A stretch of DNA of 63,112 nucleotides, the filler included, from Licmophora abbreviata (lineage: Eukaryota), in assembly GCA_900291995.1 (NCBI GenBank). It is 15 parts of 15 records of this genome, joined end to end, with 100 filler letters (N's around TTAATTAATTAA, not from the genome) between each part and the next. Parts side by side here need not be neighbours in the genome. Positions count along the whole stretch, not along the records: positions 22,770 to 26,483 come from OLMU01005800.1; positions 26,584 to 35,215 come from OLMU01005801.1; positions 35,316 to 43,382 come from OLMU01005802.1; 12 more parts are not named here. One strand, given 5' to 3'. Within the stretch, counting starts at the first letter, position 1, and each line of letters begins with the position of its first letter. The position numbers and the translations under genes were made by a program. Of this stretch, positions 25,465 through 36,533 are shown one piece after another. The notes below the pieces were generated by a model. The model made no database searches, had not been told where the DNA came from, and worked only from the letters and a program-made list of their open reading frames with translations.

Positions 25465-26194
25465 TCAGATATTTATATGCATATCACAAACCATGTTTTT
25501 AATATAAAAAGTGTATTACGCATTCGAACAATGAGAGGTAGTGATGTCTTTATTGCCATGTTTTGTTTTGTTGTGCGGTCGGACTCAACGAAGGAACGGA
25601 GAAGGCTGCTTGCTCGAAGGTCGGCGAGGCACCACTCGACCAAAGTCTCACATGCGCAGTGCCGTACACATTTGTCGCACTTGTCAAAGGTGCATGAACC
25701 TTGCTTCGTGCACCCCCCAAGGTCGTCGGTCCCAAACTTGCACGACCCACGGACCATTGTGAAAAGTTGGATCGTTGGTGAACAAGCACACGGAGAGGGT
25801 AAATACGAATCATTCTCCTCCATGATGCGCTCATTTCAAAGCAGCTACCTGTCAATGCATATCGACACTCTGACTGACTCACCTCTTAGATTGTCTGTCA
25901 TACTAGGATACAATGAACAGAATGAGGATGGGCGATGGGTAATGGCGACAATTCGAATGAGGGGGCGATCTCGAATTCAGTCACGAACATGACGAAAGGA
26001 GTCGTGTGTGAATGGAACTCGTGACTAGGAAGGTCTACATATCTGGTCGAAGAAGTCAAACCACACCGAAAAAGATCCCACAAAAAAGTCAACTTGGAAT
26101 CTTCGCTTCCAATTCGAACTCGGCATCACAAGACGATGATATCCTTGCAACGGTACTAGAAGAGAGCAAGGCCTCCACTTTAAGCATTAGAAGT

Positions 26195-26483
26195 ATGAGT
26201 GATGGAAAAAAAGGAACATACGAGAGCCTAGCCTCGAAAGAGAACGAGCGCTTGTTGCCTTCCTCTTCCAAAACGATCGAGGCGTTTTCTCCTCAGTTTC
26301 GGGACCATTTTTCTCTCGAATCTCCGTCCGATACGGTGCGCTTTCGCAGCCATACCGTCCGCGTCTACAGCAGTGGCACCCAGCAGTTCCAATTGGTCGA
26401 ATCTCACGATGAAACGGTCAAGGCCAAAGTCACTTCCGATGGAAGCTCCGGATTGACCATGTTGCGCGCCTGTTATACGCTGG
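26195..26483 (+). CDS. Probable N-terminal fragment of the membrane class-3 lipase gene, truncated by gap
   Basis: MSDGKKG...RFRSHTVRVY...GLTMLRACYTL runs open into the gap; same strand as and upstream of the N-truncated lipase at 27368. Confidence 0.55.
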
Positions 26484-26583
26484 NNNNNNNNNNNNNNNNN
26501 NNNNNNNNNNNNNNNNNNNNNNNNNNNTTAATTAATTAANNNNNNNNNNNNNNNNNNNNNNNNNNNNNNNNNNNNNNNNNNNN

Positions 26584-27204
26584 AACGCCCTGCAGAGGCG
26601 TATAATCGGTCGGAGAATAGTGTGACGTCGGCATCAAAGGAGGCACTGAATGCTGAATGTCACGCATAGGCGTGAATGCCGCTTTCGTAGCATCTGCGAG
26701 AGTCGAGAAACTGCGAATGGTGTCACAAGGAGATTGCACGTGCTTATTCGCCGACATCACATCAACAAACACACCACCATCACCAGACGGGGTGGACACT
26801 GCAAAAAATGGGCGCGCGCACGCCCCGCCAGGAGCATTGCTCCCGTGGATGACCGCACCTTGGGTGGGGATCGCAACTGGAGTAACAGTTGTCGATGACA
26901 CCGGAGGATGGTCTTCACCAGACACATCCTCAACTGTAGGCAAGAATGCGGAGGAGGAGGAAGTTTCCGGCGGAGAGGATGGCATCGGAGGATGCCAGGT
27001 CGTCTTTGACATTCCGAAATGTCGCAACGAGGGAAAGCTGGGCGTAGAATTCGTACTGAAGTCTACGAGAGCCGGCGGCGTTGGAAACACCAATCCGTGG
27101 TCGTGTCGAAGAGCCGTCCGCGCCTTCGACAAAGCAGAGGAAATCACACAACGAGTGAAAGGAGAACGACAGTCACTTCCTTCCTCGAGATGCTCAAGGG
27201 ACAT
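26584..27204 (-). CDS. Retrotransposon gag-like ORF, N-terminal part (3'-truncated), with an RNase H1 N-terminal/Cauli_VI-like motif
   Basis: FFAVSTPSGDGGVFVDVMSANKHVQSPCDTIRSFSTLADA fits the FYAV..G..GVY...V.......SF.T..EA pattern; Pro/Ser-rich. Confidence 0.55.
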
Positions 27205-27208
27205 AACC

Positions 27209-27367
27209 TATCAGACCGCTAAGATCTGTAGGACTAAGCGTAAGCACTAGAGACGACAGTCAAGAGCAACAGACACTAAAAGAGTGAGAGGATCCATGGA
27301 TCCATGGATCCTCGGTCTAGCTAGTCTCGATCTCGGAGCTCGGACCTCGTGCCATCGAGGTCTGACA
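27209..27367 (-). repeat. Putative 5' LTR (159 bp)
   Basis: Terminal inverted repeat matching 8/9 bp; internal perfect 26-bp palindrome at 27288-27313; flanked by the PBS and by host CDS. Confidence 0.7.
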
Positions 27368-29151
27368 TCCTCGATCGAACTGTCTTCGTCACTGACGCAA
27401 CGTGGAATCTTGAGAAACTCTTTTGCCGTCGTCGCGATATACGTTCTGTCTTGGTGGTTAATGGCTCCTCACGTGTGACTGACGCGCAAGTTGTGTCGAG
27501 CTTGGTCTGTGCCATTCTCGGCAATGTCTTGCTGCTACTAACCTTCCTTGCGCTCTTGTGGTGGTTGGCCGATGTTTCGATTTTCGTACTGATTGTCGTG
27601 ACGGGAGTGTTACTCTATTGGAATAGACATGTAGTTCGCCGGATTTATGTGGTGTGGGATACGCACCAAGACACGAGGAGGAAACGTCATAGTACTGCTA
27701 GTACTTCTACTGGAATGGAAACGAGTTCCGGGAGTGAAGCCATTTACCAAGTTACCGAAACGCATCGTGTCACTGAACCGACAATTAAGTTGTGCTGGAT
27801 TCTGTTTGGATTCGAAATCTTGGGACTGCTTGTCTTCCCGCTATGGATGTTGGCCGATATCGGAAATTTGTCCATCATGATTCTCTTTCTCATCTTGGGG
27901 AGCTTTTCTGCGTGCCGCCATTATTTTAATGCTCCGGTTGTCCTGAGTGAATTGGGATCATTGGATCTACTCGAGGGACAGTTCATTCGCAGTCGAACCG
28001 AAGAGATGGGCCCGGAAATGGAAGAAGATGACTGGCGCGAGAAGAACCGTTTGTCCAAGATTGTCGCAAAGATATCCCAAGGTGCTCGTCGCGACACGTG
28101 GATGAGCGTAATCACTGCGTTTGTCTTGATCTTTCTTTTGCTCTTCCTATTGGCGTTTGGCCAAGGCAGCGGCAATGGAGACGTTGGCGATACGTCGAAT
28201 CTCCTTCACGATTTTCGATACGTCCCCCAAGAAGGTACTCTTCGGTACCCCACCTGCTCCTTGACGTCGGACCTGCAGATTCCTGGCTCGAACTCGACGG
28301 CAATGGCCGACTATGCGTACATGGCATCTATTGCCTATATTTCTCCAGAATCCATGCCCATGAGTCTCGATATGTGGTTCAGAGAAGGGGTCGCATACGA
28401 TGATGTTGACCTTGTATCAGAATATCGAAGCAAAATAGACTCTCGCTCGGCTGTCCACTACAAGCTTATTACATTCGCAGACAATCCAGAGTTTGCCGTC
28501 TTGACGATCAGAGGTACGCAGAATGGATGGGATATGCTGGCTGACGCACAACTCTGGTCGGCTTCCTTCTTGGCCCAAATGGTGAGGGGAATCCTGCCGG
28601 CTGGTGAAATTTGGGACCCCATTCTGGAAAACCTCGTCAACTGGATTGCAATCCTTCAAAACGAGGGCCTAAGGAAGGTTTCCTTCTATGTTCAAACTTC
28701 CAACTTTATCGAGTGGCTCCGCTCGAAGAATGCGTACCCGTCGATTCGTATCGTCGGCCACTCGCTCGGAGGGGGCCTGGCGATGATCACGGGTGCGCAG
28801 ACCAAAACACCGGCGATTGGTCTATCGGGTCCAAATACCATGATTACGAGGAGAACACTGCATCCTCCCGTGAGTACGGAAAGTCTGGACAAGTACACCT
28901 TCAACATCGTCCCTGAACGCGATGTGGTGCCCATGATTGACGACTTTGCCAAGAACATCCAAAAGATCCATTGTAGGGCAGCAAGCAACAACTTTGTTGA
29001 CTGCCACACGTCGGTTCGCAGCCTGTGCGAGATTCAGTTCACGTGCGGTTCTATGAATCGTCCAACACTTTGTGATTGTGCCTTGTACTACGGTTACCCC
29101 GAACCAGAAGCAACGGGTAGTAGGACCTTTGCGGAAGCCTGCAAGGAATAA
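27368..29151 (+). CDS. Multi-TM class-3 lipase (Lipase_3), C-terminal part; 5' end interrupted by the LTR element
   Basis: Several TM helices followed by LTIRGT, IVGHSLGGGLAMI (GxSxG), PERDVVPMID and DCH; the open frame begins at the LTR edge with no upstream ATG. Confidence 0.88.
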
Positions 29152-29599
29152 GTTTCTTTGATGCGCCGGCAGCTAGGATATTACTGTTAGTAGTATGGAC
29201 AATTTTGCGACCTATGTATGCTAATGATAGAGGAGTGAAAGTCTATGGAGTGTGTGGATGACAATAGGAATGGAGGATGGTCCTCATTCCTCATTTGCGC
29301 CGCGATTGGTTTGATTCGATTCATGTCTCGTCTGGATGGATTTTGGAAGGAATTAGGAATCTCAGGAGCTACCTGGTACACTGTTTTGTAGGGTACCGCC
29401 GTCGACGGTTGGCTCAATTTTCGGTTTTCGACTCATTTCTCTTTGTAGATGTTGTCGCTGTTCGACATTAGCTTCCGCTGTTGCTCTCGTCGCCTGACTG
29501 TATCTGCTCTGTGTTTTGGAGGTTGCAAACCTTGTTGTAGAGTCAGAGTTTACGAAGACGAGAAAGGGATTGACAAAAAAATCAAAAAAAATCACCCCC

Positions 29600-30436
29600 A
29601 TGGAGTCGTCTCAAGAAGAACAACAAGTCCGCACGACTGTCGCAGTGATGGACCGCATCATGTCCTCCAGCAATTACTATGACGTGCTGGGAATACAGTC
29701 CGTCGATACTGCTGCTGCAATCCGTAAGGCCTATCTCACTACGAGCGTTCTGATTCACCCGGACAAGTGCACGCACGATGCTCGCGCCAAGGAGGCGTTT
29801 CAAAAAGTCGCTCTGGCCTACCAAGTACTCAGTGACGCGGAGAGTCGTGCCAACTATGATCTTGTACAAGCACAAGAGAAGAAAAAGAAGATTCAGGATC
29901 GTACTACAGAGGACTCTTATTTCACAGCGACAAGCTCATCGTCATCGGCCTCACGTACCCCGTCCTACCAAGATGCGCTCTTTGTCTTTGCAACGGTGGT
30001 GGGCAACACTGCGGGACATAGCCGCGGCAGCACGGGTGCGATGATGAGCGATATGGCACAAACACTCTACTGGGCACAGCAGTGGTTGAACACGCAAGAA
30101 ACGAATGATGAGTCAATAGAACGAGGAAACGACGATACGCTTCGAAATAGCAGTAATTCTACTGCATCGGCTGCCATGGCAGTCGGATCGTCCTTACGAG
30201 TCGCATCCTCCGCGGCACGCTTGTTGGGCTTTCGAAACTCGGCGACAGCATTGGAACGAGCAGGTACAGCGACGCAAATGATGGGTGCAGGCGTTGTTAT
30301 GGCAGATCGAATGGGTGTCAATGACGCTTTGGAGAACAATGAAAGTCTGCAGCAAGTAAGGAGTAGACTATCCCGTAGTGTTCGAAATGCACTTCTACAA
30401 AAGAAGCACGAGCAGCAAGAAGGAGTGTCAAACTAG
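29600..30436 (+). CDS. DnaJ-domain protein
   Basis: NYYDVLGI...IRKAY...IHPDKC...AFQKVALAYQVLSD...RANYD J-domain. Confidence 0.9.
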   Translation: MESSQEEQQVRTTVAVMDRIMSSSNYYDVLGIQSVDTAAAIRKAYLTTSVLIHPDKCTHDARAKEAFQKVALAYQVLSDAESRANYDLVQAQEKKKKIQDRTTEDSYFTATSSSSSASRTPSYQDALFVFATVVGNTAGHSRGSTGAMMSDMAQTLYWAQQWLNTQETNDESIERGNDDTLRNSSNSTASAAMAVGSSLRVASSAARLLGFRNSATALERAGTATQMMGAGVVMADRMGVNDALENNESLQQVRSRLSRSVRNALLQKKHEQQEGVSN

Positions 30437-30871
30437 TGATGATGGCAAACGCAGAATGCATGCAATAAAGAGCGGACTTTCACTCTCATTGGTGTAGCAA
30501 GCCTAATTGAATGAATCGCGCAGCAACCATGAGGCTTAGCCAAGAGGTGAGAAGGCAATGCAGTCACTGTTGCAAAGTAAGATGACAATCATTTTCGCCG
30601 CTTCCCGCCGTCGAGATCACAAGATGGCGTGGTATCACACTGCTAGATAAGTCAAGGATGGGGACAGTGGCGAAGTCTCGATCCCTACAAGACTGTTGGC
30701 CGCTATGGGTGCCTCGATCGAAGCCATGATTGGACGGACGAAAGCGGAAAAGGACTTGTATGCTGGCCGTCAATCAGCTAGCAAAGATGATCGTAGACTT
30801 TCTGCCTACTTTCCGATTCATTCCCACCATTCTCTTCTCCTATCAACCACCACCACTGTTGCATCCTCCTC

Positions 30872-32251
30872 TCAGGTCCCAGTCAACAAGTATTTGGCTC
30901 CCTCGACTCCCATCAATTCCACAAGCCGATCCAACCACTTATAAATTTCATAGTGACAAGAGGTTCCATGTGAAAAGTACGCACGTTCCTCAAAGGCCTC
31001 CCGACTCCGCCTTGCATCTCGCCTCGCACTGTAGCGTTCCCACGATCCCAAATAGTGATGGACGTGTAGGAGACTTTCATCGAATGCCACAAGCGGTTTG
31101 GGACACTCACGAAAGGGTCGATGCGCATTTTTCGGCTTGTCTTGTTGCAAACTCATTGGATCGAGTCGACTGACGTCCACAATCACCTTGCCCCATTTGG
31201 AGGGGTAGAAGGCACCCTTTTCAGCGTGTTGATGAAATCGGAGTGTCGATAACAATTGTTGTTGTTGCATGACAGTAGTACTCGCAGTAGTAGATCCAGT
31301 GCATGTTTCGTTTTCCAAGGCACCAAACAATAGGCGTGGTACGACATGGCAGGGTGGGAGTATCGCGATCTTTTGCGCCGCGTCGAGTGCCTGTCGGACC
31401 GTAGTGATGCGTTGTTTGTGTGATGATTGTTGCTGCAGGGTTGTCAAGCGCTGTCGAAGTCGTATTGCTCGAGCAGTCGTCGTATTCCACAATCGACCAT
31501 CTTCTGCTTCTCTTTTGACTTCCTCCCTCAATACTGCTTCCTCTTCGTTCGAATACCTGTTCAAGACAATGTACTCGTCCGTGTCGACAAAGGCCACCCA
31601 CGTTTGATTGTATACATCTCTCATATACTCTGCACACGTGGTAAGAAAGGCCCTCTGCCGATGAATATAATGGTGATTCTCATCACTGATATCGACTGGA
31701 ATTTCCCCAAACCTCTCCATAAAGTCTGAATGATTCCAGACTGTGTAATGGAATAATTCATGCTGCCGATATCTGTGTAAAATGTCAGCGGGATCTTGGG
31801 TGTTGCCGAGGTCGGCCGCGACAACGACGTGTCGTAGGGGCAAGACCATGTAGTGATAGGCAAGCCATTCGGCCAAGAGCGCATTGTCGTCTCGGACCAT
31901 CAAACAAGCAGCCATAGTGCTAGTAGTAGTGTTGTTGTATGTGGTGGTAGTACTGCTAGGAGCAGTACTTGTAGTAGTAGCATTCGAGGATGGTCTGAAT
32001 GAAGTAGATAAACTTTCCTTGGAGAGATGTTGTTGCAAGACGAATTGAGAAGCATCATTAGACTGCGCTACCAAAGGAAGCCAGGAAAACGATGATTCAA
32101 GTCTGTCGTTGTTGTAACGATTTACACTTTGGTACAAATTCAGATTCATATTTTCCACTGGAAGAAACATGACCCATCCAGACAGAAGGATCGCAAAGAC
32201 AAGGAACGACGGCATACTACGCAGGCGAGGAACAAATCTCCTCCTCCTCAT
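30872..32251 (-). CDS. GT-A glycosyltransferase, GT92/Glyco_tranf_2_4-like, type II membrane
   Basis: N-terminal TM, Thr-rich stem, ACLMVRDDNALLAEWLAYHY, DxD motif WVAFVDTDEYIV, KVIVD and HHYLGSWE. Confidence 0.82.
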   Translation of the reverse strand: MRRRRFVPRLRSMPSFLVFAILLSGWVMFLPVENMNLNLYQSVNRYNNDRLESSFSWLPLVAQSNDASQFVLQQHLSKESLSTSFRPSSNATTTSTAPSSTTTTYNNTTTSTMAACLMVRDDNALLAEWLAYHYMVLPLRHVVVAADLGNTQDPADILHRYRQHELFHYTVWNHSDFMERFGEIPVDISDENHHYIHRQRAFLTTCAEYMRDVYNQTWVAFVDTDEYIVLNRYSNEEEAVLREEVKREAEDGRLWNTTTARAIRLRQRLTTLQQQSSHKQRITTVRQALDAAQKIAILPPCHVVPRLLFGALENETCTGSTTASTTVMQQQQLLSTLRFHQHAEKGAFYPSKWGKVIVDVSRLDPMSLQQDKPKNAHRPFRECPKPLVAFDESLLHVHHYLGSWERYSARRDARRSREAFEERAYFSHGTSCHYEIYKWLDRLVELMGVEGAKYLLTGT

Positions 32252-32599
32252 TGTTGTTGTTGTTGTTGTTGCTTCTTCTCCAACAACAAAGGCCGCCGCT
32301 CTGCCATGATGGTGACTTGGTGGGTCGTTGATTTTGAATGATCGAAATAATGCGCCGGTATATCCGTGACTGATTGCAGCCCGTGACTACATCACGTGAC
32401 TCAAGGAAACCCGTGACTCACGCTCAATCACACAAAAAGCCAACGGCCAACCAGCAGCACCGCACCACAAGACAACAACCACAGACCACAACACAGCATC
32501 ACTTTAGTCTACAGTTCGTACCTGGTACTCTACGGTCGATTACAACCTTCTTTCTTCTCCATCCTGCCTCTCTGTCAAACGTAAAATTAGAAAATCCGT

Positions 32600-33031
32600 A
32601 TGGTTCTAAGCGAACAGGCGGCGCGAAGCTGGTACGGAATAATGTTTTGTGTCTTTCACCCCACAAACCATTTTTACTGCATGGAGAGTGTGGTACTGTG
32701 TTGCGAGATACACATCCGACAGCAGCAGAAGCATGCCTTGTCTTACGCACACTTTCTCTTATATATATTTTACTTTAGGAAACTGGCCACGATCGTTTGT
32801 ACTACTGCCGCTGCCATTCACTGTGTCTTGTATACCGACTATCCGGAACCGCCACGAACGTATCGGCAACAACAACAGTATTACAACCATGATCCGTCGC
32901 CTCGCAAACATGTATTTACAGACTTGCAGACGAATTATAGACGGTTTCTAGACAAGCATCTATGGAAGTTGCCAGTAGTGGTACCGGTAGAGGAGCAGAA
33001 GCGAGACAGCAACGACGACCAGAAGGAGTAA
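32600..33031 (+). CDS. Small single-TM hypothetical protein (about 94 aa; intron 32632-32778)
   Basis: Removing the GTACGG...TTTAG intron gives MVLSEQAARSWKLATIVCTTAAAIHCVLYTDY...HVFTDLQTNYRRF. Confidence 0.55.
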   Translation: MVLSEQAARSWYGIMFCVFHPTNHFYCMESVVLCCEIHIRQQQKHALSYAHFLLYIFYFRKLATIVCTTAAAIHCVLYTDYPEPPRTYRQQQQYYNHDPSPRKHVFTDLQTNYRRFLDKHLWKLPVVVPVEEQKRDSNDDQKE

Positions 33032-33456
33032 TCGAAACGGGACAAAATTATCACTACTATTACCTGCTAGACGCGAAAAAGATCTCATATATAAGCGATA
33101 AGGTTTACTCTTGCTCATTATGGCACTCTCTAGATAGAGAGACTAGAGCAACCCAAGTCCAAATAGGTACTCTACTGGTGCTACTGTAGTACCCGTAGCT
33201 ATGATAAAGTGTCGTGGAAGTCAGAAGCAGCTCGGAGGAAGAAGGAGAAGAACACGGCACGAAGCGATGATGCCTTCGCTTGTATATTTTGGGGAATGTG
33301 CGGTCGCGCCATGTCTAGACTACTGGGAACCAATTAACCCCTCCATCTTGCTTGAACGGACACTTTTTTAACGAGACTTTATGTTACAAACAAACGTATA
33401 CCGGGTAGGAGAAAGTGACCTTCCACGAGACAAAATCACACGTACGTTCTTGTACG

Positions 33457-35834
33457 TTAGTGCGGCAAATACAGACATGCCACCATGGGATCGTGTCTGG
33501 AGGGTGGATTCACAAATTCCGAATTGACATGAATGTATTCTCCATCACCATCTGTGCAGAAGAACTCCGATACGAAAATGTGATCCCACGCTTGCGAGTT
33601 GCCTTGATCAATAACCGAGTATCGTTCGTTCTCTGGAATGTCCTCTGCCAAGTTCCTCAGCGCTGCCTTTTCTAAATTCAACAGCGGCGATACAAACTCA
33701 TTCTCATACATACTTCCAAGCACGATGACCTTGTTCGTATCCGTCACGATGCTGCCACTCCCACGCAACAAGGAGCGGACGCCGTTGCTCTGAGACAACC
33801 GAGCTTCGACGCCAGCATTGATGTCGTTGGACTCTTGCAGTTTCTCAATAGGCTGATTGACACCCGTTATGCTAGCAGAATTCCTCTTGTCTGTGAATTC
33901 GACACTTATGACATCAAAGACTGTGTTGGATGCGCGGTGTCGGAATAGGGCGGCGTAGGGTTCATCGAATGCCGACGCAAAGTTGAGCTGGCTTTGAATA
34001 CCATAGTCCTCCTTCAACTCGATTCGATCCTTGTTGTAGAGAATCGCCGAGTGAGGGCCGTCGTAAACATCACGGAGAATTTTGTATGTGCCGTCTCCGG
34101 GAGTGAACATTTGAATAGCGTAGATCAGCGAACCAATATCGTACGAGTATTCGAGTCCTTGTAAGGCTAGGACATCGGGAAAGCCCATGTTGAAGACAAT
34201 CTGCTCTCCAATCTTGCTATATTCGGTCGACCTCTCAAGGTTGTAAGTTCCAACCGATATTGCGTACGGGTCCGTGCTCTTGCAGCTAGTAGTGGTAGGT
34301 GTGAGTGGACTCGGTTCCACAAATCCAAAGTTTTCGGTGGGTAAAATCTCATAGTTACCATTCTGATCATCGACAACGCCAACGATATTACTCAAGGCAG
34401 CCCCAACACCCACAGCAGGAAAGGCTGCATCAAAGACAGCCTCTTCCATGACCTGGATACGTTCCGGGTTAAAGTCATGTGGACTGACATTGAGCGTACC
34501 GCGTTTACTCAGCCCGGTAGCCAACCGACCGTTGTTGTTAACTACAAACAATGTATCTCCGCCGGAAGTCGAAGAAATAGTCACTGGATCATCAATCTCC
34601 ACCAACATGCCCTCAAGACTTTCCCAGAACATCACTCCCGCCGACATGTCCTCGGTAGGAGGCCTGCGGCCTCCTTCGCCAATGATCACCGGGAAAGGAA
34701 GCGCATTGCTCCTCGAGACGATGACAACAGCATGGGCATCCAGATGAGTCGTCGGCTGATTGAATTCAATTTGGGGACCAGGAATTCTCTCCGAAACCAC
34801 CCCAGTAACCTCGACAAAGTCACCCACATGAGGTGTTGTGATGGAGCGGACTTCGATACCGTCCGATGTCGAATCATCCCCATCACCTTCAACGTCCTGA
34901 AAGAAGAATCGTTGTTCCACTGGTGACACCGCTGTCACGACACCAGGGACGCGAAAGACAGTCTGACCGATGTAGCGTGACGTGAGCTCGCTGAATGGCG
35001 GGTGAAGTGAGAAAGAAATGTAAGCACTAGCTCGAATCAAAAGAAGACATGCAAGCTCATCACGAGGCCTCCTCAACTTACTCTCCCTGAATAGCAAAAA
35101 TGCGATCCACGAGTTCGACTCCCGTGTCCAAGATTGCTGACTCCACCTCCAAGCCACACGATCGTGGAACCGGTTTACCGTTTGGTTTTGTGGTTGGCTC
35201 TGGCGTTGGTTTTTGNNNNNNNNNNNNNNNNNNNNNNNNNNNNNNNNNNNNNNNNNNNNTTAATTAATTAANNNNNNNNNNNNNNNNNNNNNNNNNNNNN
35301 NNNNNNNNNNNNNNNAGGTTTCAACGATGGTTTGGGTGTTGGCTCCGGAGTAGGTTTTAACGTGGGTTGGGGCGTTGGTTTTGGAGTGGGTTTAACCGTT
35401 GGCTGCAATGTTGGTTTCTGAGTAGGTTTTAACGGTGCAGGGGTAGGCTTTGGCGTTGGCTTGGGGGTTGGTTTCGAAGGAGGGGACACAGGCCCGTGTG
35501 GCTGGAATGTGGGCTTCGGTATGCATCAGATGAAATAAGCAGGTCGAGCACAGAGGACAAACGATTTGAAAAACGGGGTCAGTTTCGACTGCATAGGATG
35601 ATGCGGAATGTCAAGCTTCATTCTGCCACTGCTTCTCACCTTTGATGTCGGCTTGCCAGTGGTGCTCATAGACTGAAGCAGAGTCGCCCAATAAGCTTCA
35701 TCCTCCTCTGCGGAAGGGGGCGAAGGAGCAGCCGTTGTAGTTGCCACCGGATGATTCCAGAAAGTTTTTGCGTTTGCCTGATGGGACACTGCGAGGGCCA
35801 GGAGTACAAACAGAGTCGGTCGTTCTCGATACAT
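33457..35834 (-). CDS. Secreted PTPK-stalk plus ExeM/NucH-like OB/EEP protein, copy A (exons 35834-35640, 35513-35082 across the gap, 34990-33457)
   Basis: Signal peptide; KPTPKPT repeats; [65 protein letters not shown] and HVNSEF..SRHDP. Confidence 0.85.
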
Positions 35835-36533
35835 CTTCTCGCTTAAAGATCAGGGGGCATTTCGTCTTTCAGATTGTTGTTGAGAGCTCCTTGGCAGTGT
35901 GGTAGTGTGGCAATCAATGCGAGGATGCGTCGAGCTGGTATGAAAGTCAAGTCGAAGATGAAGAGATTCAACATATTTTGTGATCGCCAAATCCAAACTC
36001 AACGCCCACTGGAAATTCTCCTTAAATAAACCATCTATTCTGGCAGCCGTTGGGCGGAAATACCTCGATGACTGTTCTAAAAATCTAAAAGTCAATTTAT
36101 CGACATCCTCGCAGTTTGATAAATATATCGGAAAATGATACATCAAGCCACGAATTTTGTCCATTTTTGACAGCCAAGAGTCAGTCAAGTCAGAATAAGT
36201 ATCGCGGGGCGGGGGGCGTGTTCAGGCATCACCGACCGGCCCGAGGATTCTGACTCGACTTAAGTCGAGTCGAGTCGAGTCAGTTAGTTACATGCACCTG
36301 CTGGTACCCAAATCATGCCTCGTATGACAATCTGTGTGATTGAGTAGGGAATCGAATCTCAAAGAGATTGTCAAGCACAGAGCATCACCTTCGTTATATT
36401 ATTGTACATGTAAAACAGCAATCGCAACCCAAAGAGGGCATAGAATCTATTGACAGTCGGACCGACAGTACGTACTCCATCTCATCACTAGAGCAGTCGC
36501 TTCAATCCGTACGACACAATTACGCAAATTGAC

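Larger units (their letters stand above)
26584..27367 (-). mobile_element. 5' end of a Ty1/copia-type LTR retrotransposon (LTR, PBS and start of gag-like ORF)
   Basis: A 159-bp segment on the minus strand bounded by TGTCAGACC...GGTCTGATA, directly followed by GGTTATGTCCC (similar to the half-tRNAiMet PBS GGTTATG(A/G)GCCC of copia elements). The ATG within it opens an ORF running into the gap. Confidence 0.72.

Noticed and set aside
25477..25992. 171-aa plus-strand ORF and the many short overlapping ORFs in the track
   Set aside because: No recognisable motifs; most are alternate-frame or antisense to well-supported genes.
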